NCBI GenBank assembly: GCA_016933055.1
Contig: JAFGBS010000028.1
Location: forward strand, 30,001-62,000
Length of the DNA stretch: 32,000 bases
Direction: 5' to 3'
From: Promethearchaeota archaeon
GTDB lineage: Archaea; Asgardarchaeota; Lokiarchaeia; Sigyniarchaeales; Promethearchaeaceae
The notes beneath the pieces are model-generated. The model ran no database searches. It worked only from the letters and a program-made list of their open reading frames with translations, and was not told the DNA's origin. The translations under genes were made by a program, and so were the position numbers. Positions 6,953 to 15,632 of the stretch are shown piece by piece (within the stretch, counting starts at the first letter, position 1; each line of letters opens with the position of its first letter).

Positions 6953-8575
6953 ATGAATCGTAAGAAGCTGATTGTTTTTCTGATCTGTAGTGGAGCATTT
7001 GTGAGTTGTGTGTTAACTATAAATTTATTACCCACCGGAATCACTAAATCTCTTAATAATTGTACTCTAACATCGGATGGCGTCAAAATCTATTATGATC
7101 TCTTTATACCGAAAGACGATACATCAACAAATAAGACGGGAATAATTCTCGGACATGGAATAATGGTCAATAAGCAATTTTTACGAACGATTGCTATGGA
7201 TTTAGCTAATCACGGATTTGTGGTTGCAGCCTTAGATTTTCGAGGTCATGGGAGAAGTGGGGGAGGTCTTGGTACTGGAAACATTACTACAGATATCATA
7301 GCAATTAAAAATGTCTTATCACTCCGTGGAGATATAAATATGTCCAATCTTGGATATTTAGGATATTCAATGGGTGGTGGTGCTGGTTTTCAACTTCTGA
7401 CAAGTGATTCAGACTTTCGTGCTATGGTAAGTCTAGCTTCTAGTGGTTCTAGTCCCTATAATCCACCTAATCTATTGATTTTGCACGGAAAGATAGACGA
7501 AGTAGTAAATTATCAGGATGTTTTACAGTATATAGAAAACCGCACGGGTATTTCTGCAGAAAATGTCCAACCGGGAATGATTTATGGCTCAATCACTGAT
7601 GGAAATGCTACTAAACTAATCCTTTCTAATACTGACCATCTATTTGCTCCTTATAGCCTTAATAATATACTTGAAACGCGAATATGGTTCCTTCAAACTC
7701 TAAAAAATGTAAATAATCCTCCCACTGAAATGATGAATTATGGTTTGCTGTTAGTTTTTGTATTATTGGCGACTTCTACTGGAATTTCGGCGTTTATTTT
7801 AGTAGCAGCATTTTTTGTAAAGAAATTATCCATTCAAAAATCTGAAAACGAGGAAGCACTCGCCATATTGGAAAAAATTTCTCAAAAAGATCTGCGAAAG
7901 CAAGTAATCAAAAGTTATTGGTATATAGTGGTTCCACTATCAATACCAGGTGTTCTCTTCGGAGCATTCTCATTTGTACTACCAATCTATTTTATGTCAT
8001 TAATTGTAATACTTCTCTCGGGCAATGCAGCAGCAAGTTTCTTTTATCTTTGGTATCTTCTAAAAAAGAAGCACAATGTGAAATTTGGTAGGTTCTTAGG
8101 GTACATATTCAGAAAATCCTCGATTAGAAATGTGATAATTGGAATTGGATTGGGTCTTATTTTATATGCAGTCTTAGGCTTGTCTATCGGATATATCTTT
8201 GGAATCGTGCCCGGAGTCAACAAATGGGGGTGGGCAGCATTTTATTGGATTTTTATGTTTTTGATAGTATTTTCCAACACTCTATTCTTTCGAACGATTT
8301 ATGGTGATCCTAATAAGACCTTTTCTGGTAAATTTAAGGAGTTGGGATTAGTTACGGCAATGAGCTTTATCCCTATAACCATAATCGTATTAATCTCGGT
8401 AGCAATCTTTCGAAGCCTCTTCAACATTCAATTTCTAATACCTATGTTCCCCTTGATTCTTCTCATAAACGCTATCGCTATTAAACTATACAATGTGAGC
8501 AGAGATATTGTGCTATCTTCTCTGCTTAACAGTGTAATGCTAACCATATTCGCTATTTCACTGAGTTTCTTATAA
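6953..8575 (+). CDS. Alpha/beta hydrolase with N-terminal signal/anchor and C-terminal multi-pass membrane domain
   Basis: HG oxyanion motif, DFRGHGRS, nucleophile elbow GYSMGG, candidate Asp (HGKIDEVV) and His (NTDH); about 8 C-terminal TM segments. Confidence 0.85.
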   Translation: MNRKKLIVFLICSGAFVSCVLTINLLPTGITKSLNNCTLTSDGVKIYYDLFIPKDDTSTNKTGIILGHGIMVNKQFLRTIAMDLANHGFVVAALDFRGHGRSGGGLGTGNITTDIIAIKNVLSLRGDINMSNLGYLGYSMGGGAGFQLLTSDSDFRAMVSLASSGSSPYNPPNLLILHGKIDEVVNYQDVLQYIENRTGISAENVQPGMIYGSITDGNATKLILSNTDHLFAPYSLNNILETRIWFLQTLKNVNNPPTEMMNYGLLLVFVLLATSTGISAFILVAAFFVKKLSIQKSENEEALAILEKISQKDLRKQVIKSYWYIVVPLSIPGVLFGAFSFVLPIYFMSLIVILLSGNAAASFFYLWYLLKKKHNVKFGRFLGYIFRKSSIRNVIIGIGLGLILYAVLGLSIGYIFGIVPGVNKWGWAAFYWIFMFLIVFSNTLFFRTIYGDPNKTFSGKFKELGLVTAMSFIPITIIVLISVAIFRSLFNIQFLIPMFPLILLINAIAIKLYNVSRDIVLSSLLNSVMLTIFAISLSFL

Positions 8576-8608
8576 AAGGAACAGACATAATTGAGGATTT
8601 CAATTAAT

Positions 8609-9382
8609 TTATTGATTTTCATCCGAAAGATGATTTTTCAAAAAAATCAGAGTATTAGTAATATAACTTTCCAAATATGTACCCTCAAAATCATGGGATG
8701 CACCCTCAATTAACTTCAGTTCATGATGGCTGTCATCCGGCATCATAGCGAAAGCATTTTTTATAGATTCTGGATTTACTGTTGTATCTTTGGTCCCTTG
8801 AATAATGAGTGTCGGCAAAGTAAACTCGCGAAGATTCTTACCAATATTTAAGGTTAAAACTTCATCCATGAATTTCTTACCAAATAATAATTTTGGACCT
8901 GCTCCTGTGTGGTTCATCTTCATGGGTTTTGAGGAAATGGCAAATTTAATTTTTCCTAAAATCTTTTGCAAAGGGGAAATAGAGTTCATTAAATCAAAAG
9001 CAGGGGACCAGAAAACTGCACAAAACCTGTTTGGGAGTGGCGAAAGTAACGAAATTAATCCTCCTAAACTAAGTCCCAAGGTAGCTATGTTATTGTAAGA
9101 CTGGGATTTTGCCCATTCCCACACATCTTTAAGATCAGTTTGAAGAAGCGAAAGCGAAATCGGTATACGGTTGTTCTCCCCAAATCCGGAAAAATCAAAT
9201 AATAGGACATCAAATCCTTCAGCTAAAAATATTTCAGCAGCAAAAGGAAATCGACCATGTTCAAAACGATCTCCTAATCCTCCGTGGCAAAATATTACCA
9301 GATTTGAGTTGTTTTTGCTGTATAATGTACAGTGCAATTCATAATTAGTTGGTTTATTAATCCTAAAGGTATCTACTTGCAT
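8609..9382 (-). CDS. Alpha/beta hydrolase (esterase/peptidase S9-like)
   Basis: FCHGGLG, FDFSGFGEN, GLSLGG, IQGTKDTTV, GASHDF catalytic-triad motifs. Confidence 0.88.
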   Translation of the reverse strand: MQVDTFRINKPTNYELHCTLYSKNNSNLVIFCHGGLGDRFEHGRFPFAAEIFLAEGFDVLLFDFSGFGENNRIPISLSLLQTDLKDVWEWAKSQSYNNIATLGLSLGGLISLLSPLPNRFCAVFWSPAFDLMNSISPLQKILGKIKFAISSKPMKMNHTGAGPKLLFGKKFMDEVLTLNIGKNLREFTLPTLIIQGTKDTTVNPESIKNAFAMMPDDSHHELKLIEGASHDFEGTYLESYITNTLIFLKNHLSDENQ

Positions 9383-9619
9383 ATCTCAATTCATCTGGAA
9401 ATTTATATGGAATTATTTATGGATAAGGATATAATCGTTTATATTTCTCTCCCATTGTTTGAGGAGATCTAATTTAATTTCGCCAACATCTATTCTATCC
9501 TGTCCAACGAGAAAGTTACCATTTTAAAGGAATACTATCGTAAAATAGGACGGAACGTATGGACCAGAATGAATTCAGCAAGTTATCGCCAATTTATTAC
9601 CGAACAGCAAATAGTAGTC

Positions 9620-9830
9620 AAGTAAGAAGTGCGAGTAGATAGCATGGTTAAGATTAACACGAGTGCTAGATAGAAAGGCAAAATGTGTAGCACGATTTAA
9701 ATAAAACGTATACAATCACATCTATCGGATGCAAATCGGCAGACTTTCGTACTGTATACCGTCTGTGTATCTACTCTTAGGACATGTGTACATCAAGGTA
9801 TAGGATTCGACTCCATACAACCATAGTAAC
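9620..9830 (+). ncRNA. Putative structured ncRNA, copy 2 of the two-copy motif
   Basis: Same ordered conserved blocks as 6317-6520 with a compensatory helix change; followed by T9 at 9849-9857. Confidence 0.55.
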
Positions 9831-9848
9831 CATTTTTAATGTTCTTTA

Positions 9849-9857
9849 TTTTTTTTT
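9849..9857 (+). terminator. Oligo-T terminator candidate after ncRNA copy 2
   Basis: T9 run within a T-rich stretch, with no annotated + strand CDS immediately upstream. Confidence 0.4.
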
Positions 9858-10046
9858 CTTGTGTATTGAATTGGATAAGCTTTTACTGCCAGATCTTTTA
9901 ATTTCTCGTTAGAAAATACCCTAAAAAATGATGGAGAGATGTATTTTATTAAATTCATCTAGTATAACGATAATTGAATCAAGCTTTAATCTCTATTTTG
10001 TACTCGCATCGACAATGTATAAATCCGAATGTGAATTAATCTTCTT

Positions 10047-11489
10047 ATGGGAAATTCTACAACAGCCGATGAAATTTGCTTGAGATGTAAAGGAGCTCGG
10101 ATGTTATGTGGAAAAACTCATTGTCCTCTACTTATAAAAAGTTCAATTCTTAAGTCAATCGCTCCTCTTGATATGTATAAAAAAATTCAGAGGGATAAAA
10201 TTATCTTTGGTGCCAGTCCTCCGGGTGTATTTGTGGGTCGTTTCGGTTATCCTCAAGTTAATATAGGTCCGATGATCCCCATAAATGAAGACCTTATTGA
10301 AAAAGCGGTGTTACTGAATCCAACTGTTACGACAAAAGATACTAGTGTGCTAGATATCTCTGAATTTTGGTATGGAAAATCCCAAGAAGAAATCATCACT
10401 TATCGAAGCTCTCTAGCTCGATCTAATTTTAAACTAAATGTATATTCCCCCTCTAAATCAACCGGTTTTAAAACTCTCGAAGAAGTAGAAGAGAAACTTA
10501 CCTTAAATGAAAGAAGATTATTGGATGCAAGTCAAGAATTGGCAATGTCAAAGATTTCTATAGACACTGAATCCAAAATCACCCGATTAATGCCTCAGTT
10601 GACCATGGATCCCCATTCTCCTCCCCTTGGACCCATATTTACTCCTGAAACTATTCGTATAGTAGATAATATAAAAGTCAATCCAAGAGTGGATTATGCA
10701 GTTAATGATAGTGATCTCAACGCAACGGATGCGATTTTCGACTATCTCTATAAACCCAATCTCACTTTGTTGAATGAAGATTATCATTCTCACAAACTCG
10801 TTCTTGGAACGGAAATGGTTCGACTGTTAAGTAGCGGATTACTGGGAACTAAAGAACGTCGAAAAATCGTGCCCACTCGCTGGGCTATCGCAGCTGTGGA
10901 CGATATCACAAGTAAGCGTCTAGCAAAAGAAATTCGTCACTATCCTGAAATCAATCAGTTCTATACCTTTCATGGTAAATATCTGGACAATAATTTCGTT
11001 ATTTTATTGATTCCAGGCCCGTGGTCATACGAAATGATGGAGTGTTGGGCAGCAAATTCTATATGGACTCAGACAGTCCCAGGAGTTCAAAATGCCGATA
11101 GTTTTCGAATACCAAAAATTATTCAAGACCACGAAATGGAAACGGGTCGTAAAAAATATGCTTCAAATATTACGGGAGCCTATTATGCAGCTAGGAAAGA
11201 AATCGTCGAATTTCTCTATCTCAATCATAAACAAGCTCGAGTAGTACTGTTCCGTGAGATAAAGGGGGGTTATTTAGTTCCTTTAGGCGTTTGGGTGATC
11301 AGAGAGACTGTACGCAATATTCTAAAGGATGGTTTTGGTTCTGATAGCATGAACAAACATGAAACTTTGGATGATGCCCTTATTCGAATTCGGGAAAATT
11401 TTTCCGTACCGTTAAAATATTGGCTGCAAGCAAGTAAATTTCTCAAAATAATCCGTACCCAAAGAACCTTGAATGAGTGGATGAAATAA
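10047..11489 (+). CDS. nreA: Archaeal Nre-family DNA repair protein with C-terminal PIP box
   Basis: N-terminal CxxCKG...CGxxxCP, SPPGVFVGRFGYP, VPTRWAIAAVDD, GAYYAAR, PLGVWVIRE; terminal QRTLNEWM PCNA-interaction motif. Confidence 0.9.
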   Translation: MGNSTTADEICLRCKGARMLCGKTHCPLLIKSSILKSIAPLDMYKKIQRDKIIFGASPPGVFVGRFGYPQVNIGPMIPINEDLIEKAVLLNPTVTTKDTSVLDISEFWYGKSQEEIITYRSSLARSNFKLNVYSPSKSTGFKTLEEVEEKLTLNERRLLDASQELAMSKISIDTESKITRLMPQLTMDPHSPPLGPIFTPETIRIVDNIKVNPRVDYAVNDSDLNATDAIFDYLYKPNLTLLNEDYHSHKLVLGTEMVRLLSSGLLGTKERRKIVPTRWAIAAVDDITSKRLAKEIRHYPEINQFYTFHGKYLDNNFVILLIPGPWSYEMMECWAANSIWTQTVPGVQNADSFRIPKIIQDHEMETGRKKYASNITGAYYAARKEIVEFLYLNHKQARVVLFREIKGGYLVPLGVWVIRETVRNILKDGFGSDSMNKHETLDDALIRIRENFSVPLKYWLQASKFLKIIRTQRTLNEWMK

Positions 11490-11528
11490 ACCCTTAGGTT
11501 TTTTAGTTTCTTTGAAATATAATTTATT

Positions 11529-12383
11529 ATGCTTCCTTCCCGTATTGGTGTTGAAACTTACTCATTCAGACATGAACTAAGAAAGGGTACTTTATCTCTA
11601 TATGAAATATTTCGAATTGCTAAATATTTAGAGCTCCATGGATTAGGTCTTCATTATGATCATTTTACGGCGGAAGAATTACCTCGAATTGTGGAGGAAG
11701 CAAAAGGATTTGATCTATCTATATATGCATTGGGTCCTAAAGGAGATTTGATTAGTCCCCCTGATAAGAGAGACAAAATAATTAATAATTATAAACATTA
11801 CATAGATCTTGCAGGAGATAATGGTATTCCATTTGTTCGAGCTTTTATGATGGGGCATATTTATCGATTAAACAAGTTGATCGGTCAAAAGAAGCAGTTT
11901 CAATTCGCAGTAGACACGATCTCCCCTATTGTAGAGTATGCTGAACAGAGAAATGTCTCCTTGTCCATTGAATCCCATTGGAAATTTTCTTCAGATATAG
12001 AATTCATGAATACCATTTTAGAACACTTTTCTACCAAAGCTTTGGGATGGTTATATGATTTTGGTAACTATTATTCGGAAGAAGACCGATGGGCTGCTTT
12101 AGAACTTATTAAAGAACGCCGCTTGAATTACGTTCATGCCAAAATGTATGCATTTAACCGTATTGGATTCGAAACTAAATTAGATTATATGAAGTTGATA
12201 AGAGAATTGAAAAAAGCTGACTACATGGGGATATATTCAATTGAATTCGAAGGGAAATTGTCTGATATGGATGGTGTAGCCAAAAGTTATGAGTTATTGA
12301 TGCATTGCATATACGGAGACGCCCATCATATTAATCCAAATCCAAATACAAAAGTATTATGGGAAATTGCCAAAGAAAACTAA
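11529..12383 (+). CDS. Sugar-phosphate isomerase/epimerase family TIM-barrel protein (AP_endonuc_2 / IolE-like)
   Basis: LSIESH, YDFGN, HAK and YSIEFEG metal ligands. Confidence 0.85.
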   Translation: MLPSRIGVETYSFRHELRKGTLSLYEIFRIAKYLELHGLGLHYDHFTAEELPRIVEEAKGFDLSIYALGPKGDLISPPDKRDKIINNYKHYIDLAGDNGIPFVRAFMMGHIYRLNKLIGQKKQFQFAVDTISPIVEYAEQRNVSLSIESHWKFSSDIEFMNTILEHFSTKALGWLYDFGNYYSEEDRWAALELIKERRLNYVHAKMYAFNRIGFETKLDYMKLIRELKKADYMGIYSIEFEGKLSDMDGVAKSYELLMHCIYGDAHHINPNPNTKVLWEIAKEN

Positions 12384-12390
12384 GCATACC

Positions 12391-12398
12391 TTTTTTTT
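12391..12398 (+). terminator. Oligo-T terminator candidate
   Basis: T8 run 8 nt after the stop at 12383. Confidence 0.35.
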
Positions 12399-12444
12399 CT
12401 TGTCTGCATAAGTTTTTTATTTTCAAATCTCATAAGATAGATTC

Positions 12445-14484
12445 ATGTCGTTCAAATACACAAAAAACTTCCTCAGTCATTTTATTGTTCTAAGTGTGTT
12501 GTTCATCTTTTTCTTTCAAATGTTGAGCGACCTAATTGAAGCTATTTATACTATGGATTTACTCAATACTACTCTAGATGCAAAAGTTCTTGGAATCGCT
12601 TTTCTATTTACCACTCCATTATTGTTTGTATTTTGGAAAAAAGTTCCAAATTTATTTCTCAAAATCATTGGATTAATAGTTATTACTTTCAGATTGGCAG
12701 AACCTTTCGTTCGAACTCCGTTGAAAATCATACTGGGAGGTATTTCCGTTGGGTCTTTTTTACTCTTTTTACCCGCATATATGGTGCAAATGAAAAATAG
12801 TGAATCATCAATAATGGGATTTTTATTTTCACTCAGCATTGGATCTTCTACACTATTGATACTCTTATTCAAGACGTTAAATACTAGTTTGGATATTTCG
12901 ATGGTAGGATATACTCAGAGTATAGGATGGATCCTTGGGATTGGTGCGGGAATATTTCTCTTTTCCGTGAAAACCCCTTTAATAACTGGTGAAGATCCTT
13001 CACTTGCGTCAAAGTCAAATATTCCAGAATCACCGATTAGAGTGAAAAATAAAATTCTTGGTTCAATTACCGGTTTATTTTCCATACTAATGCTACTTTA
13101 TTTTGCGTATAATAGCCCGGCAGTATTTACTCGTTGGTTTGAGATCAATTATTTTGGAGCAGTAATCACATTAAGCATCGTATACGTGACAGCGATTGGG
13201 ATATCTGTTTGGAAACCCCACATTCTAGCTAATATAAAAAAACTGCATTTGTTGATATGGAACTTAATATTTTTCATTACACTTGTGGTCATGATAGTGT
13301 TAAATCAAACCAGTTTCATTAATGTGAATAACGGACAAGTAGTTATTGCGTATCCTACTCCTTGGTATTTGCAGATTTTGACATATTTTAACCTTATTCT
13401 CTCGCCCGTTTTATTTTTAAATATATTTATGTTCATCCAAAATCTCTATCAAGTTCCGATGAAAAATGGAAGATTAATCGGTTCATTCTTGTTAAATGAA
13501 TTAGTTTTAGTAATTCTAATATTTGCACTCATCTTTTCCAACGTGTGGGGGTATGTAGAACCTATTTCTACTTATTTTAGAGGGTTGATCTGGGTACCCT
13601 TTGCGGTAATAGGATTATATACTTTATTGATTATCGGATTACCGAAATTTGCTTGGAATAAGAACATCCTTGATTTTAAGCACCCCAGTAATTCTTTCAA
13701 ATCAGCAATCTCTGCAGTTTTTCTAATTGTTGTGGTCTTAAACGGTGTGTGGGCATATATGACACTTCCTCATCCAGTGAATGTTGACGGCATGGGAACT
13801 ACCTCACTAAAAATAATGACCTATAATATTCAGCAAGGTGCAAATAACACTGGCGATAAGAATTTTGACGCACAATTAGCACTCATTATGGAGATTGACC
13901 CTGATATTATTGGATTACAGGAATCTGATACAACAAAAATAAATACGGGTAACACTGATGTGGTTGGATATTTTGCGGAAAAATTGGATTATTATTTATA
14001 TTATGGTCCCAAATCAGTAATGCAAACGTATGGGTGTGCAATTCTGAGTCGTTATCCCATTCAGAATTTTTATTCCTTCTATACCTATGGGGATGAAGAT
14101 GAGATAGGTAGCGTTTTTTGCGAAGTGGTAGTTGGAACGCGCATATTTAATGTATTTGTAAATCATCCCGCTGGTTCGGCGGAGGCAAAACTCGCACATA
14201 CGGTTGCTATGCTATCATTGGCAGACGAACTTGAAAACGTGGTCTTAATGGGAGATTTTAACTGGAGAGAAAATACACCTTATTACGCTTTAGTAAACGC
14301 TTCTTATGTGGATACATGGAGAACTAAATGGCCTACTGGAATAGATGATCTGGGGTTAGAAATGACCAGCACAATCGATCACATTTTTGTTTCGGATACC
14401 TTCTCAGTTTTAGATGCTCGATATATTCCGGAACCCGAATCGCAAACTGATCATCCCGCTTATTGGGCGGAAATTAGCTGGTAA
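12445..14484 (+). CDS. Multi-pass membrane protein with C-terminal endonuclease/exonuclease/phosphatase domain (CWH43/PGAP2IP-like)
   Basis: About 13-14 TM segments, then MTYNIQQG, GLQESD, GCAILSRYPI, VLMGDFN, IDHIF and TDHPA EEP motifs. Confidence 0.82.
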   Translation: MSFKYTKNFLSHFIVLSVLFIFFFQMLSDLIEAIYTMDLLNTTLDAKVLGIAFLFTTPLLFVFWKKVPNLFLKIIGLIVITFRLAEPFVRTPLKIILGGISVGSFLLFLPAYMVQMKNSESSIMGFLFSLSIGSSTLLILLFKTLNTSLDISMVGYTQSIGWILGIGAGIFLFSVKTPLITGEDPSLASKSNIPESPIRVKNKILGSITGLFSILMLLYFAYNSPAVFTRWFEINYFGAVITLSIVYVTAIGISVWKPHILANIKKLHLLIWNLIFFITLVVMIVLNQTSFINVNNGQVVIAYPTPWYLQILTYFNLILSPVLFLNIFMFIQNLYQVPMKNGRLIGSFLLNELVLVILIFALIFSNVWGYVEPISTYFRGLIWVPFAVIGLYTLLIIGLPKFAWNKNILDFKHPSNSFKSAISAVFLIVVVLNGVWAYMTLPHPVNVDGMGTTSLKIMTYNIQQGANNTGDKNFDAQLALIMEIDPDIIGLQESDTTKINTGNTDVVGYFAEKLDYYLYYGPKSVMQTYGCAILSRYPIQNFYSFYTYGDEDEIGSVFCEVVVGTRIFNVFVNHPAGSAEAKLAHTVAMLSLADELENVVLMGDFNWRENTPYYALVNASYVDTWRTKWPTGIDDLGLEMTSTIDHIFVSDTFSVLDARYIPEPESQTDHPAYWAEISW

Positions 14485-14490
14485 TCGTTA

Positions 14491-14500
14491 TTTTTTTTTT
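14491..14500 (+). terminator. Oligo-T terminator candidate
   Basis: T10 run 7 nt after the stop at 14484. Confidence 0.4.
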
Positions 14501-14569
14501 AATTTTTTTCATGGTTAAAATTTTATCCAGAAGAATTAATAATGACTATCACCCATAGGGATAACTAGA

Positions 14570-15388
14570 ATGTCAGAGTATGAATATTGGGTTGTTGAAG
14601 ACCACAAGATGGGTATTTTTTGGTTGAAATTGAACCGACCAAATAAACGTAATGCATTCAATGAAGCTGTCGCATTGGAATTGGGAGAAGTGTTAGATGA
14701 ATTTAGGACAAATGAAGAAATCCGAATTTTAATCCTCTCCAGTACATCTGATGCGTTCTTTTCCGCTGGTGCGGACATTGATTGGTTTGCAGCTATAAAT
14801 GGTGAAGAAGCCGAGGAAATATCTAAGAAGAGTCATGAAATATTTGGAAAATTACAAGAATTACCCTTCCCCGTGATTGCTGCCATTAAAGGAGTATGTA
14901 TAACTGCAGGTTTGGAAGTAATTCTGTGTGCAGATATGATTTACGTAGCGGATAATGCAAAATTGGGGCTAATCGAAACGGTTTTTGGAATTACTCCAGG
15001 TGGGGGGGGCACTCAACGTCTTGTCAGATTGATAGGACCTAATAGGGCTAAAGAGATGATATTCAATGCTCGGATCATAGGAGCTGAAGAAGCAGAAAGG
15101 ATCGGATTAGCTAATGCAATGTTTCCTTTAGAGGGTTTTGAGGAAAAAATTGATCGTATCGCCAGAAAAATGCTGATGAATGATCAAGGTGCAATTTCTC
15201 GTTGCAAGAAACTCATAAATTTGGCAACCTATTCCAACGACGAAGGATTTCGGGAAGAACAATACTCATTCAATACTAGCTTTGCTTCTGGGGAGCCTCG
15301 CAGTAGACTAACTGAATATAAAAAACAACAAGAACGTGAAAAACGTCGAAAAGAACGTAAGCAGAAGAAGGCAGAAATAAAAAAATAA
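14570..15388 (+). CDS. Enoyl-CoA hydratase/isomerase (crotonase) family protein
   Basis: LNRPNKRNA, FSAGADI, PVIAAIKG, both catalytic Glu (AGLEV, GLIET), PGGGGTQRL; highly basic C-terminal tail. Confidence 0.92.
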   Translation: MSEYEYWVVEDHKMGIFWLKLNRPNKRNAFNEAVALELGEVLDEFRTNEEIRILILSSTSDAFFSAGADIDWFAAINGEEAEEISKKSHEIFGKLQELPFPVIAAIKGVCITAGLEVILCADMIYVADNAKLGLIETVFGITPGGGGTQRLVRLIGPNRAKEMIFNARIIGAEEAERIGLANAMFPLEGFEEKIDRIARKMLMNDQGAISRCKKLINLATYSNDEGFREEQYSFNTSFASGEPRSRLTEYKKQQEREKRRKERKQKKAEIKK

Positions 15389-15632
15389 GAGACAGAATCC
15401 CAAAGCCCCGGATTATTCAAAAACAATTATATTTTTTTTAAAACCTAATGATATAACTAGGCTTGCAATTACAAGCACATTTTCTCAGACGATTCCTTTC
15501 GTTATTTTTTGTCGAAATAGTGAATCTGATTGCGATTTATAATTTTATAGGTATGGTTTTTATGGAATGATTGATGTGATTTTGTTAGAACTACATACCT
15601 ATTAAAAAGAACCTAAACAAGAGTAAATTATT

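Noticed and set aside
9407-9625. 73-codon + strand frame broken by one TAA (9470-9472), ending inside the conserved motif
   Set aside because: No recognisable homology, it starts only 25 nt from the divergent hydrolase start, and no equivalent frame precedes copy 1. Compatible with chance.
9797-9823. tRNA/tmRNA 3' end (GGATTCGACTCC...ACCA)
   Set aside because: The geometry does not give a 5-bp T-stem with a 7-nt loop plus a 7-nt acceptor strand, and there is no matching 5' half.
15547-15602. 9-bp inverted repeat ATAGGTATG/CATACCTAT; TAGGTATGGT recurs at about 20047
   Set aside because: Long unstructured loop and a single short recurrence, within chance expectation for AT-rich DNA.
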